Assembly (NCBI GenBank): GCA_964389365.1
Contig: CAYMDO010000009.1
Span: 3,576 to 67,575 of the forward strand
Direction of reading: 5' to 3'
From: an uncultured Syntrophomonadaceae bacterium
GTDB taxonomy: Bacteria > Bacillota > Dethiobacteria > DTU022
Length of the DNA stretch: 64,000 nt
Shown piece after piece: positions 48,995 through 60,927 of this stretch. The translations under genes were made by a program, and so were the position numbers. The notes beneath the pieces are model-generated. The model ran no database searches and had not been told where the DNA came from. It worked only from the letters and a program-made list of their open reading frames with translations. Numbering within the stretch: position 1 is the stretch's first letter; the number at the start of each line of letters is the position of its first letter.

Positions 48995-50694
48995 TGGAAG
49001 TCACCCCCGGTGATTATTTGATTGATCGGGTGGTTTGGTGCCACCATCGGGAAAACATTTTCCTCCGGATTGACCAAACAGTCGATCAAAACCGGGCCCT
49101 TCGTCCTGAAAGCTTCTTCGAACGCCCGTGTTGCTTCTGCTTCTGTAGCCACCCGTACAGCCCTCAACCCGTAAGCTTCCGCAACCTTGACAAAATCCGG
49201 GCTTTCGGCCAGCATCGTATGAGAGTAACGCTTTTCGTAGAAGAACTCCTGCCACTGCCGGACCATACCCAGGGAACCGTTATTGATCAAAGCGATAGTC
49301 AGATCAAAGTTATGGTTGACCACGGTGGCCAACTCCTGAATATTCATCTGAAAACTGCCATCACCGGTGATGCAGATCACCCGCCGACCGGGAGCTGCAA
49401 GTCGGGCGCCGATTGCGGCAGGAAAACCGTAGCCCATAGTTCCCAGTCCACCGGAAGTTAAAAATCTTTTCGGGCCACGAATAATAAAATGCTGGGCCGT
49501 CCACATCTGGTGCTGCCCCACGTCAGTAGCGACGATGGCATCAGGTTCGGCAAGCCGGCTGAGTTCCCTGATCACAAATTGCGGCAACAGGCTGCTTTTT
49601 GCATTCCTGGAACCGGTCGATGTCGGGTATTTTGCCTGCCAGTTTTCAATCTGTTTCAGCCATTTGACGGTATTGCCGGGCTTTAATTTGCGAAGCAGAT
49701 CCTCCAAAACCAGGCGCGCGTCACCGACTATCGGTATATCAATATTGACGTTTTTGCCGATTTCGGCCGGATCGATATCAATGTGAATGATCCTCGCCTT
49801 TTCGGCAAAGCTTTCAAGTTTGCCTGTAACCCGGTCATCAAATCGCACCCCTGCAGCGATGATCAAATCGGTTTCAGTCAGGGCATAGTTTGCGGTTACG
49901 CTGCCATGCATACCGGGCATCCCGAGGAAAAGGTTGCTGTCGCCCGGAAAGGCGCCGAGCCCCATCAACGAAAGGATAACCGGAATTCTAGCTTTTTCGG
50001 CCAGCTCTCCCAAGGCCTGGTCCGCGCAGGACCTGATCAGCCCGCCTCCCCCAAAGATCACCGGTTTTCGCGCATCGCGAATCGCCTTGACCGCCCGGTT
50101 AATCTGGCCAGCGTGCCCGGAATAGGTTGGATTGTAGCCGGCAACATGACACTTCTGGTTATATTCAAAAGAAGCTTCCTCATCGAAAATATCTTTTGGA
50201 ATATCGATCAGCACCGGGCCCTGCCTCCCGGTAGAAGCAATATAAAAGGCCTCGCTTAAGACAGAAGGCAGTTCTTTAATATTTTTTACGAGGTAATTAT
50301 GCTTGGTAATCGGCAGGGTAATCCCAGTAATGTCAGCTTCCTGGAAAGCATCGGTACCGATAAACCGGCTTGCCACCTGACCGGTGATCAATACAAGAGG
50401 GACTGAATCCATGTAGGCATTGGCTATCCCGGTGACCAGGTTGGTCGCACCCGGCCCCGAGGTTGCAAAAACCACCCCCGGCTTGCCGGTTACCCTCGCA
50501 TAACCGTCAGCCGCGTGCACAGCCGCCTGTTCGTGCCTAACAAGAAGGTGTTTCAAAGATAAGTCATAAAGCTGGTTATAAAGTGGGAGAACTGCCCCTC
50601 CAGGAAAACCGAAGATCTGGTCGACCCCTTCAATTTCCAGGGCCTTCATGATCATCGCCGCGCCTTTGACCATTTTTTCCTTCATATTATTCAC
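48991..50694 (-). CDS. ilvB: acetolactate synthase large (catalytic) subunit, TPP/FAD-dependent
   Basis: TPP-binding GDGSFQMN...N motif, FAD domain. 567 aa. Confidence 0.9.
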   Translation of the reverse strand: MNNMKEKMVKGAAMIMKALEIEGVDQIFGFPGGAVLPLYNQLYDLSLKHLLVRHEQAAVHAADGYARVTGKPGVVFATSGPGATNLVTGIANAYMDSVPLVLITGQVASRFIGTDAFQEADITGITLPITKHNYLVKNIKELPSVLSEAFYIASTGRQGPVLIDIPKDIFDEEASFEYNQKCHVAGYNPTYSGHAGQINRAVKAIRDARKPVIFGGGGLIRSCADQALGELAEKARIPVILSLMGLGAFPGDSNLFLGMPGMHGSVTANYALTETDLIIAAGVRFDDRVTGKLESFAEKARIIHIDIDPAEIGKNVNIDIPIVGDARLVLEDLLRKLKPGNTVKWLKQIENWQAKYPTSTGSRNAKSSLLPQFVIRELSRLAEPDAIVATDVGQHQMWTAQHFIIRGPKRFLTSGGLGTMGYGFPAAIGARLAAPGRRVICITGDGSFQMNIQELATVVNHNFDLTIALINNGSLGMVRQWQEFFYEKRYSHTMLAESPDFVKVAEAYGLRAVRVATEAEATRAFEEAFRTKGPVLIDCLVNPEENVFPMVAPNHPINQIITGGDFQ

Positions 50695-50710
50695 CCTTCA
50701 TTTCAACAAC

Positions 50711-52372
50711 TTAGCGATCCAGTACCGCGCCTGAAGCCGCCGAAGAAACCAAAGCGGCGTAACGCTTCATGTAGCCGTGTGCAATTTTTGGTGCAGGTTT
50801 TATCAGCGCCTTCAGGCGTTGTTCGAGTTCTTCTTGCACCACCAGCAGATCAAGCCTGCGATTCGGAATATCAATGGCAATACGGTCTCCCTCTTCCACT
50901 AGGGCAATTGGCCCGCCGGCTGCCGCCTCGGGGGAAATATGGCCGATCGAAGCGCCACGGGTAGCCCCTGAAAAACGGCCGTCAGTAATCAGCGCTACTT
51001 CTTCATCCAGGCCCATTCCGGCCAGTGCCGCAGTGGGGGCCAGCATTTCACGCATCCCGGGCCCCCCACGCGGGCCCTCATAGCGGATTACCACGACGCT
51101 GCCGGGTTTAACTGAGCCGCGGCCGATAGCTTCGACCGCCGCATCCTCGCTGTCAAAAACCCTTGCCGTTCCTTCAAAACGCTGCATTTTCCCGGAAACA
51201 GCTCCCTGCTTGACCACGCCGCCATCAGGGGCCAGATTGCCGAACATAACAGCTAGGCCGCCTTTACTGCGATACGGTTCTTTTACCGTGCGGATTACCT
51301 GACAGTCATTTATAGACTGGTTGGCTAAGTTCTCCGCCACCGTCCTGCCGGTAACGGTAATCAGTTCACCGTCGAGCAGCTTTGCATCTAAAAGCTCTTT
51401 CATTACCGCGCCGACCCCTCCGGCTCGGTGCAGGTCTTCAATCCGGTCCGGCCCGGCCGGGCTTAAAAGGCAAAGCTGCGGCGTATTTGCGCTGATCTCG
51501 TTAATACGGTTAAGATCAAGCCGGTAACCTCTCTCGTGGGCAATAGCCGTTAAGTGCAGCAGGGTGTTGGTGGAACAGCCCAAGGCCATATCCACTGCAA
51601 GGGCGTTTTCAAATGCTTTTTGGGTCATAATCTGCCCGGCAGTTGTCTTACTGCGCACCAAATCCATTATTTTTATCCCGGCTTCCTTGGCCAGGATCAG
51701 CCTCTCGGCACTAACTGCCGGAATTGTCCCGTTGCCGGGCAAAGCCAGGCCGAGCGCTTCGGCCATGCAATTCATTGAGTTTGCCGTAAACATCCCGGCA
51801 CAGGAGCCGCAGCCGGGACAGGCTTTTGCTTCAATATCTGCCAAATCGGCTTCAGTAATCCGGCCGGCTTTTAATGCGCCGACAGCTTCAAAAACTGTAC
51901 TTAAATCTATCTTCTGGCCCTGACGCAGGCCGGCCAGCATCGGCCCCCCGGAAACCAGGACTGCGGGCAGGTCGAGCCTTGCTGCAGCCATCATCATCCC
52001 CGGCGTTATTTTGTCGCAGTTGGAAATCAGGACAAGGGCATCAAAACAATGAGCTTCGGCCATCAATTCCACGCTGTCGGCCACCACTTCCCGGCTGGCC
52101 AGCGAATAGTGCATACCGGCGTGATTCATGGCTATCCCGTCACAGATACCGATTGTTGCAAACTCGATCGGTGTCCCGCCGTTTATCCGCACGCCCGCTT
52201 TAACAGCCTCGGCGATCTGCCTCAGCTGTGTATGCCCTGGAACAATTTCATTTGCCGAGTTAACAATGCCAATTAAAGGCCGCTCCAGCTCGGCGGGGTG
52301 AAAACCGGAAGCCTTGAACAGCGAACGATGCGGAGCGCGGTCGGCTCCTCGTAAAACTTTATGGCTGCGCAT
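50711..52372 (-). CDS. ilvD: dihydroxy-acid dehydratase
   Basis: ILVD/EDD family ([32 protein letters not shown]). ATG at 52372 follows GAGGAGG. Confidence 0.9.
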   Translation of the reverse strand: MRSHKVLRGADRAPHRSLFKASGFHPAELERPLIGIVNSANEIVPGHTQLRQIAEAVKAGVRINGGTPIEFATIGICDGIAMNHAGMHYSLASREVVADSVELMAEAHCFDALVLISNCDKITPGMMMAAARLDLPAVLVSGGPMLAGLRQGQKIDLSTVFEAVGALKAGRITEADLADIEAKACPGCGSCAGMFTANSMNCMAEALGLALPGNGTIPAVSAERLILAKEAGIKIMDLVRSKTTAGQIMTQKAFENALAVDMALGCSTNTLLHLTAIAHERGYRLDLNRINEISANTPQLCLLSPAGPDRIEDLHRAGGVGAVMKELLDAKLLDGELITVTGRTVAENLANQSINDCQVIRTVKEPYRSKGGLAVMFGNLAPDGGVVKQGAVSGKMQRFEGTARVFDSEDAAVEAIGRGSVKPGSVVVIRYEGPRGGPGMREMLAPTAALAGMGLDEEVALITDGRFSGATRGASIGHISPEAAAGGPIALVEEGDRIAIDIPNRRLDLLVVQEELEQRLKALIKPAPKIAHGYMKRYAALVSSAASGAVLDR

Positions 52373-52420
52373 AACAAACCTCCTCATCCAAACCCGACAG
52401 GTTCGGTTATTTAATAACTG

Positions 52421-53296
52421 CTAATTTAGCGGAGTCCCCTCGCGCCGGGTCAGTTCCCTGAACAGCTTAATCAACCGCCTGGTGATCGGCCCCGGTTTAC
52501 CGCTGCCAATCAACCGCTGGTCAACGTCGATCACCGGGATCACTTCGGCGGCAGTTCCGGTAAGGAAACATTCTTCAGATACATACAGGTCATGACGGGT
52601 AAACGGCACCTCTCTTAAAGGAATCCCTTCCCCGGCGGCCAGTTCGATGATTGCCGCGCGGGTAATCCCTTCCAGGATCCCGAGATAGGCGGGCGGAGTC
52701 AGCAGCTCTCCACGGCGATAAATAAATATATTATCACCTGTGCCTTCGCAAACGTAGCCCTGGTTGGTCAGCATCAGTGCTTCGAGTACCCCGGCCCTGT
52801 TGGCTTCGATCTTGGCATGAATATTATTGAGGTAGTTAAGGGATTTGATCTTCGGTTCCAGGGCTTCAGCGATATTCTGGCGGGTTGCCACCGTGATCAC
52901 TTCCAGCCCTTTTTCGTAAAGCTCCTCCGGGTAAAGGGTAATCTTGTCTGCAATGATAAATACCTGGGCCTGCTTGCACTTGCGCGGGTCCATTCCCAAA
53001 TCTCCGACACCCCTGGTCACCACCAAGCGAATATAGGCATCGCGCAGTTTGTTGGCATTAACCGTATCAACAACCGCTTTTATCATCTCTTCCCGGCTCA
53101 GGGGGATTGCCAGCATAATCGAATGGGCTGACTCGTACAGCCTCCTGACGTGCTCTACCAGCCGGAATACCCTTCCGCTATAAGCCCTTATTCCTTCAAA
53201 AACCCCGTCTCCGTAAAGTAATCCGTGATCAAAAACTGAGATTACAGCCTCTTCATCCGGAACTATTTTGCCATTCAGGTAAATTAACCTGCCCAC
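52421..53296 (-). CDS. ilvE: branched-chain amino acid aminotransferase (class IV PLP)
   Basis: FDHGLLYGDGVFEGIRAY, EGTGDNIF motifs. Confidence 0.85.
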   Translation of the reverse strand: MGRLIYLNGKIVPDEEAVISVFDHGLLYGDGVFEGIRAYSGRVFRLVEHVRRLYESAHSIMLAIPLSREEMIKAVVDTVNANKLRDAYIRLVVTRGVGDLGMDPRKCKQAQVFIIADKITLYPEELYEKGLEVITVATRQNIAEALEPKIKSLNYLNNIHAKIEANRAGVLEALMLTNQGYVCEGTGDNIFIYRRGELLTPPAYLGILEGITRAAIIELAAGEGIPLREVPFTRHDLYVSEECFLTGTAAEVIPVIDVDQRLIGSGKPGPITRRLIKLFRELTRREGTPLN

Positions 53297-53309
53297 AAAA
53301 TATCACCCC

Positions 53310-53590
53310 TTTACAAAAGGTATTTAATAGTATAAAAATACCCCTCGCCCAAAGGGGCGAAGGGAATTCCTCCGCGGTACCACCCTTTTTACTGCTCTCT
53401 GTCAGCAAAGAGATAGTGCACTCTACGATTTTGATAACGGTATCAACCCGGCCCGGTTTACTCAGCATTTCAACAGGACAGCTCCGGACCGACCTTCAGT
53501 ACCTGGCTTTACCGGTTTTCAGCTGCCCCGGCTCTCTGCAAAAGCTGGTTGCTTACTCCTGTCCTTCATGGCCATTGCTTTAAAGATTGA
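53310..53590 (-). promoter_or_regulatory. T-box riboswitch leader of the ilv-leu operon (T-box sequence, antiterminator/terminator)
   Basis: The minus strand reads AAAAAGGGTGGTACCGCGGAGG (T-box consensus) followed by the terminator CCCTTCGCCCC-TTT-GGGCGAGGGG and UAUUUUUAU. AGUA and GAA S-turn-like elements lie in the 5' stem region. Confidence 0.7.
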
Positions 53591-53595
53591 TTATA

Positions 53596-53624
53596 ATTAT
53601 AGCTTCACAGCCCTTTGGTGTCAA
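53596..53624 (-). promoter_or_regulatory. consensus sigma-A promoter (TTGACA-17-TATAAT) for the T-box/ilv-leu transcript
   Basis: Minus strand TTGACAccaaagggctgtgaagcTATAAT. Exact match to both hexamers with a 17-nt spacer. Confidence 0.55.
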
Positions 53625-53688
53625 CCGATAGCAGGCATTTTTAACAATATGCTCCGCAACCCTAAAATTGCCTTGACCGATAAGTTAG

Positions 53689-55191
53689 CTAGACCGGGTA
53701 GCCTGAATAGTCGTCATCTCCGGAGAGCAGCCGCTCGTCAATGTCATATAGGTTCTCCGGTTGCAGTTCCCCGGAATGAGCGCCCATTGGCCTGGCGATA
53801 TTTACCGCCCTGCCGTCCCTGCAGCTGCTGGTCAGCTCGAGCGGGGGCAGTTCCCCGCTCCGCCTTTTAAAGAATTCGAGGGCCACATTGGGGAAGATAA
53901 CATAAGAAAGAAGATCTTCTTCCTGTTCCAGGTATGGTTGAATTTCACGGCGGGCTTCCTCGAGCTGGGGTGGCAGCTGATCAGCCGGCCTGCCCCTGAT
54001 CGGCTCTTCACCTTTCAGCACCTTTGCCAGCAGGTCAGCATTAATCGCTCCTGGAGGCCGGCCATACAGGCCGCGCAGGTAATTTTTTATTTCAGTCGAT
54101 ACCATCTTGTAACGTTCTCCGGTTAAAACGTTAACTACCGCCTGGGTGCCGACTATCTGGCTGCTGGGGGTAACGAGCGGTGGGCAGCCAAGATCTTCCC
54201 GGACCCGGGGCACCTCTTCTAGAACATCCTGCAACAGGTGAGTCGCCTTCTGTTCGGCAAGCTGTGAGGCAAGGTTGGAGATCATTCCTCCGGGTATCTG
54301 GTAACTGAGAACATTGGTATCAACCCCCAACACTTCCCGGGGGATATCATAGCTGCAGCTGATCTCTTTAAAATGCTCACTGATTTTTGACAGCAGCTGC
54401 AGATCGAGGCCGGTATCAAAAGCTGTGCCTTTCAATGCTGCAACAAGGCTGTCCGTAGCCGGTTGGCTAGCACCCATCGCCAGGGCGGCATTGGCCGTAT
54501 CGACTACATCAACTCCGGCTTCGACAGCTTTCAGGTAAGCCATCGATGCCATGCCGCTGGTGTAGTGACAGTGAAGCTGTACCGGAAGACCCACATCGTC
54601 CTTCAGGCGACTGACAAGATCAAATGCATCATAGGGGGCAATCAGGCCGGCCATGTCCTTAATACAAACCGAATCGGCACCCAGCGCTTTCAGTTCATGC
54701 CCCACTTTCACGAAGTAGTCATTGCTGTGGAAGGGACTGATCGTATAACTGATCGTCCCCTGAGCATGGGCCCCTTCCCGCTTGGTAAAATGGATGGCCT
54801 GCTCCAGATTGCGCAGGTCATTTAAAGCATCAAAGATACGGATAATGTCGATACCGTTGGCAACTGCCTTTTTTACAAACTCTTCCAGCACATCGTCCGG
54901 GTAGTGGCGGTAACCTACAATGTTCTGCCCGCGCAGCAGCATCTGCAGTTTGGTTTTTCTAAACCCTTTACGCAACTGCCGCAGCCGCTCCCAGGGATCT
55001 TCATCGAGGAAGCGCATACATGCATCAAAAGTCGCCCCGCCCCATACTTCAAGGGAATGGTAACCGACCTGATCCATTAGCTCGACCACCGGAAGCATTT
55101 CGATCAGCCTCATCCTGGTTGCCAGCAGCGACTGGTGGGCATCACGCAAAGAAGTATCGGTAATCCCAACTTTTCTCTTCTTCGGCATCAT
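53689..55191 (-). CDS. carboxyltransferase subunit of the pyruvate carboxylase subunit B / oxaloacetate decarboxylase alpha / transcarboxylase 5S family, lacking a biotinyl domain
   Basis: GITDTSLRDAHQSLLATRMR HMGL-like signature of biotin-dependent carboxyltransferases. No AMKM biotin attachment motif. The ATG at 55191 follows AAAGGAGAAG, 16 nt after the gyrA stop. Confidence 0.7.
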   Translation of the reverse strand: MMPKKRKVGITDTSLRDAHQSLLATRMRLIEMLPVVELMDQVGYHSLEVWGGATFDACMRFLDEDPWERLRQLRKGFRKTKLQMLLRGQNIVGYRHYPDDVLEEFVKKAVANGIDIIRIFDALNDLRNLEQAIHFTKREGAHAQGTISYTISPFHSNDYFVKVGHELKALGADSVCIKDMAGLIAPYDAFDLVSRLKDDVGLPVQLHCHYTSGMASMAYLKAVEAGVDVVDTANAALAMGASQPATDSLVAALKGTAFDTGLDLQLLSKISEHFKEISCSYDIPREVLGVDTNVLSYQIPGGMISNLASQLAEQKATHLLQDVLEEVPRVREDLGCPPLVTPSSQIVGTQAVVNVLTGERYKMVSTEIKNYLRGLYGRPPGAINADLLAKVLKGEEPIRGRPADQLPPQLEEARREIQPYLEQEEDLLSYVIFPNVALEFFKRRSGELPPLELTSSCRDGRAVNIARPMGAHSGELQPENLYDIDERLLSGDDDYSGYPV

Positions 55192-55207
55192 CCGAACTTC
55201 TCCTTTC

Positions 55208-57637
55208 TTAACCCTGCTCAGCGTCAAGGCCTACCAAGTTTACAACCCGGTCATTTTCATCCAACCTGATCAGGGTTACGCCGCGGGCATAGCGTCCCAT
55301 CAGTGAAACCTGCTCAATGGGCTGCCGGTTAACAACACCGTTCGCAGTTACAATTATAAATTCTTCAAAAGATCTTTTCAGCACGATAAAGATCGAGAGC
55401 GGCCCGCTCTGCGGGGTTGTTTTTATGCCGATCATTCCTTTGCCGCCGCGGCGGTGCAGGGCAAATTCACCGGCTGCCACCCTTTTGCCAAACCCGTTTT
55501 CTGAAGCCAGCAGCAGCTGGTGTTCCGCTGTTACGAGATCCGCGCCAACCACCCGGTCTTGAGCGCCAAGGGAGACCGCTTTAACGCCCCTGGCCGTCCT
55601 GCCCATCGACCTCACTTGCCCTTCCGGAAAACGGACGAATAGTCCGGCGGTTGTCCCGACAATAACTTCCTTTTTACCGTCGGTGAGCTTTACGGCAATC
55701 AGATCGTCATCCTCCAGCAGGGTTAAGGCATTCAGCCCTGTTTTGCGTGTATTTTTATAGTCCGATAGGGGGGTCTTCTTAATCAGGCCCCGTGCCGTTA
55801 CCATCAGCAGGAACCGGTCTTCAATAAATTCGGAAATCGAGAGCGTTGCCGTAATATACTCTTTTTCATCAAGCGACAACAAGTTCACCAAAGCCGTCCC
55901 ACGCGACTGCCGGCCCGATTCAGGCACTTCATATGTCTGAAGCAGGTAAACTTTACCACGGTTGCTGAAACAAAGCAGCTTATCATGGGTGGAGGCTACC
56001 AGGCACTGTGCGACGACATCATTTTCGCGTGTTTGAATGCCCTTTACGCCCCGTCCTCCACGGTGCTGGCTGTGGTAAGTGGTTAGCGGCAAACGTTTAA
56101 TATAACCGCGGTCGGTAAGGGTGATCACCACATCTTCCTGCAAGATCAGATCGGTCAGCGCCGTTTCACCCTCGTCGGCAACTATCTGGGTGCGCCGCCG
56201 GTCCCCGTGCTTATCCCGGATCTCCGTCAATTCATCGGCAATGATCTGCAGTACCAGGGATTCACTTTCAAGCACCTTTTTTAAATAGGCAATTTTCTCC
56301 AGCAACTGCCCGCGTTCTTCCACCAATTTTGATATTTCCAGCCGGGTAAGGCGCTGAAGGCGCATGTCGAGAATAGCCTGGGCCTGCTTTTCCGAAAGGG
56401 CCAGCAGATCCATCAACCCGGTACGGGCAGCCTGGACATCCTGCGAAGCCCGGATCAGGGTTATCACCTCTTCCAGCCGATCAAGGGCTGTAAGCAGCCC
56501 TTCAACTATATGCATCCGCTCTTCCGCCCGTTTTAAATCAAACTGGGAACGGCGCCGGATAATCTCTTTCTGGTGCTCAAGGTAATAGGCCAATATCTGC
56601 TTTAAATTCAAAACCCGCGGCTGACCGTCTACCAGGGCCAGCATGATAATCCCAAATGTCTGCTGAAGAGGGGTAAATTTATAAAGCTGGTTGATTATTA
56701 CCTGTGATTGGAAATCGCGCTTAACTTCCATCACAATCCGCACCCCGGAACGGTCCGACTCATCGCGCAGATCGGTGATGCCTTCAATTTTCCGTTCCTT
56801 TACCAGTTCGGCAATTTTTTCAACCAGGCGCGCCTTGTTTTGCTGATAGGGCATCTCGGTTATAACAATTTGTTCCCGGTTTTTATCCCGCTCTTCAACA
56901 TGAACCAGACCGCGAACCTTGACAATGCCCCGTCCAGTCTGGTAGGCAGCGATGATTCCCTCGTGGCCGACGATCTGGCCGCCGGTAGGAAAGTCAGGGC
57001 CCTGGATATGGCGCATAATGTCACGCACCGAGGCATCCGGGCGAACAATGATGAATTTGATAGCATCGATCAGTTCGCCAAGGTTGTGCGGAGGGATATT
57101 GGTAGCCATCCCGACAGCAATCCCGGAAGACCCGTTAGCCAGAAGATTCGGGAAACGGGAAGGCAAAACAACAGGCTCCTCCAGGCTCTCGTCAAAGTTG
57201 GGCCTGAAATCAACAGTCTCTTTTTGCAAATCGGTCAGCAGCTCACCGGCAATAGGTGAGAGCCTTGCCTCAGTGTAACGCATTGCTGCCGCCGAGTCCC
57301 CGTCAAGGGAACCGAAGTTTCCGTGCCCGTCAACCAGGGGGTAACGGGTAGAAAAATCCTGGGCCATCCGCACCAGGGTGTCATAAAGGGCAACATCGCC
57401 GTGGGGATGGTATTTGCCAAGCACTTCACCGACAATACGGGCTGCCTTGCGGTGTGGCTTGTCATGAGTGGAACCCATTTCGGACATGGCATACAGAATC
57501 CGCCGGTGCACCGGTTTAAGGCCATCGCGCACATCAGGCAGGGCCCGGCTGACAATAACACTCATGGCGTAATCGAGGAACGAAACTTTCACCTCGTCAT
57601 AAATATTAACCGGTACTACGCTGTCCCTGTGGGCCAT
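55208..57637 (-). CDS. gyrA: DNA gyrase subunit A
   Basis: 809 aa. Active-site region AAMRYTE, QRRGGRG and the C-terminal beta-pinwheel repeats. Confidence 0.95.
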   Translation of the reverse strand: MAHRDSVVPVNIYDEVKVSFLDYAMSVIVSRALPDVRDGLKPVHRRILYAMSEMGSTHDKPHRKAARIVGEVLGKYHPHGDVALYDTLVRMAQDFSTRYPLVDGHGNFGSLDGDSAAAMRYTEARLSPIAGELLTDLQKETVDFRPNFDESLEEPVVLPSRFPNLLANGSSGIAVGMATNIPPHNLGELIDAIKFIIVRPDASVRDIMRHIQGPDFPTGGQIVGHEGIIAAYQTGRGIVKVRGLVHVEERDKNREQIVITEMPYQQNKARLVEKIAELVKERKIEGITDLRDESDRSGVRIVMEVKRDFQSQVIINQLYKFTPLQQTFGIIMLALVDGQPRVLNLKQILAYYLEHQKEIIRRRSQFDLKRAEERMHIVEGLLTALDRLEEVITLIRASQDVQAARTGLMDLLALSEKQAQAILDMRLQRLTRLEISKLVEERGQLLEKIAYLKKVLESESLVLQIIADELTEIRDKHGDRRRTQIVADEGETALTDLILQEDVVITLTDRGYIKRLPLTTYHSQHRGGRGVKGIQTRENDVVAQCLVASTHDKLLCFSNRGKVYLLQTYEVPESGRQSRGTALVNLLSLDEKEYITATLSISEFIEDRFLLMVTARGLIKKTPLSDYKNTRKTGLNALTLLEDDDLIAVKLTDGKKEVIVGTTAGLFVRFPEGQVRSMGRTARGVKAVSLGAQDRVVGADLVTAEHQLLLASENGFGKRVAAGEFALHRRGGKGMIGIKTTPQSGPLSIFIVLKRSFEEFIIVTANGVVNRQPIEQVSLMGRYARGVTLIRLDENDRVVNLVGLDAEQG

Positions 57638-57769
57638 CTTTTCTCCTTTACACGGCTCTGAAGTAAATCATTTTTCTATCATTCAAGTAAGTTTATCATG
57701 AAGAAGCAACCGGCGAAACGCCCTGATCGCCTGTAAACAAATGCCGCAGGGCTTACCCGGCTCCGATTC

Positions 57770-58288
57770 TCAGCTCTTCTTTTTACGGGCTTGTTTTTTT
57801 TCTACTTTATGTTTTAAGACCTGTTCGACATCTTTTTTTGAGCCCGGCACCATTTGCCACGACTCTGAGCGTTTTCGTTTTCCGCGCTGAATGGCGATCG
57901 TCAGTACATCCTTTGTCCAGCGGTAGGATTCCACTTCAGCCCAAACCCAAAACCCGCGTGCCGTTGATATACCCTTCTCGCGAAAAGAAGGGCGTTCGAT
58001 CTCCCTCGCTATTACCACCAGAAGCAGCGCCACGTAAAAGAAAACGTAGGTATACGGGCCCAGCAGCATCGGATCATCCGGAAACCGGTTTCTCATCTCA
58101 AAACGCACCAACAGGTAGGATGTACCGGCAAGAATCAGGATCAATATAAGGGAATCGGCATGAAACCGGCTGAGAAGCACCCGGTTCAGCTTTATCACCA
58201 CCGGGCCCAGCTTACGATGCCGGTAATACAGATAGCCAAACACAATCATAAAAAGAACAAAATATGGAAATATCAGCCTAAGCAGCAT
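57770..58288 (-). CDS. hypothetical small membrane protein (3-4 TM, Lys-rich C-terminus) located between gyrB and gyrA
   Basis: ATG at 58288 with GGAGGG 8 nt upstream, 16 nt after the gyrB stop. Hydrophobic helices with no known domain. Confidence 0.5.
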   Translation of the reverse strand: MLLRLIFPYFVLFMIVFGYLYYRHRKLGPVVIKLNRVLLSRFHADSLILILILAGTSYLLVRFEMRNRFPDDPMLLGPYTYVFFYVALLLVVIAREIERPSFREKGISTARGFWVWAEVESYRWTKDVLTIAIQRGKRKRSESWQMVPGSKKDVEQVLKHKVEKKQARKKKS

Positions 58289-58304
58289 ATTTGAAACCCT
58301 CCAG

Positions 58305-60227
<1,923 letters not shown>

Positions 60228-60260
60228 TCACCCCATTGCTTGTTGATAAGAGCTGATCTA

Positions 60261-60539
60261 TTATAGCATTTCTGCGGACGTGCAGCCTGCAGGGCACAGT
60301 TTGTTATATTTTTCGCTGCGGCCGGCCAGGGTGAGGGGGGAGATCGGGGCTGAGAATATTTCCCGGTCAGTGACGATTATTGATTGACTTCGCCCTTTGC
60401 CAGCCTTAAGCTCACTAACATTTTGCTGCCATATCCTGTCCGTGCCTGCCGGATTACCGCTTAAAACAAGGTCATGATTAAAAATGCCGATCAATTCCCT
60501 CTTAAATATAATCCGGCCATTCCCTGTGTGAATATACAC
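60261..60539 (-). CDS. remB: DUF370 protein (RemB/YaaB-like)
   Basis: 92 aa, MYIHTGNGRIIF...IIVTDREIFSAPISPLTL resembling B. subtilis YaaB. Conserved position between recF and gyrB. Confidence 0.6.
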   Translation of the reverse strand: MYIHTGNGRIIFKRELIGIFNHDLVLSGNPAGTDRIWQQNVSELKAGKGRSQSIIVTDREIFSAPISPLTLAGRSEKYNKLCPAGCTSAEML

Positions 60540-60615
60540 CTGCTTTACTCTCCCTTCCTAACCGCAACCGACACCGCTTTGCCTGAAAAGGGCGGTTCTT
60601 CCCCTGCGCAACCCT

Positions 60616-60927
60616 CTAACCATTCTGTTCGATACTGTGATCCGCCGGATTGATTGAAAAAAATATATCCTTTACTACCACCGCTCCCGCTTCCCTGTTA
60701 AGCTGAGAGATCAACTGGGGCTTAAGCATCGTCAGGTGATATGCCCAAACAGAATCTTTGACCAGAACTTTCAGCCTGCCCCTGCTGATTGAATCTGCCT
60801 TCGTAACCTCACAGAGAGGCGGACCGACCAGATCCGTCCATTTTTCTACAATCATAAACTGCAGATAGCCCTGCCAAAGATTATATTTTCTGAGCATCTG
60901 TTCAAGAACCGGGCCCATTCTATTCAA
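60616..60927 (-). CDS. DUF721 protein (DciA-like, commonly downstream of recF)
   Basis: 103 aa. Position immediately after recF. LKVLVKDSVWAYHLTMLKPQLISQL pattern. Confidence 0.55.
   Translation of the reverse strand: MNRMGPVLEQMLRKYNLWQGYLQFMIVEKWTDLVGPPLCEVTKADSISRGRLKVLVKDSVWAYHLTMLKPQLISQLNREAGAVVVKDIFFSINPADHSIEQNG

Noticed and set aside
53470-53520. Assigning the T-box specifier as Gly (GGU in GAAGGUC)
   Set aside because: The residue following it is C rather than the conserved purine, and the regulated genes are branched-chain amino acid enzymes. Stem I could not be folded unambiguously by hand, so no specifier is asserted.
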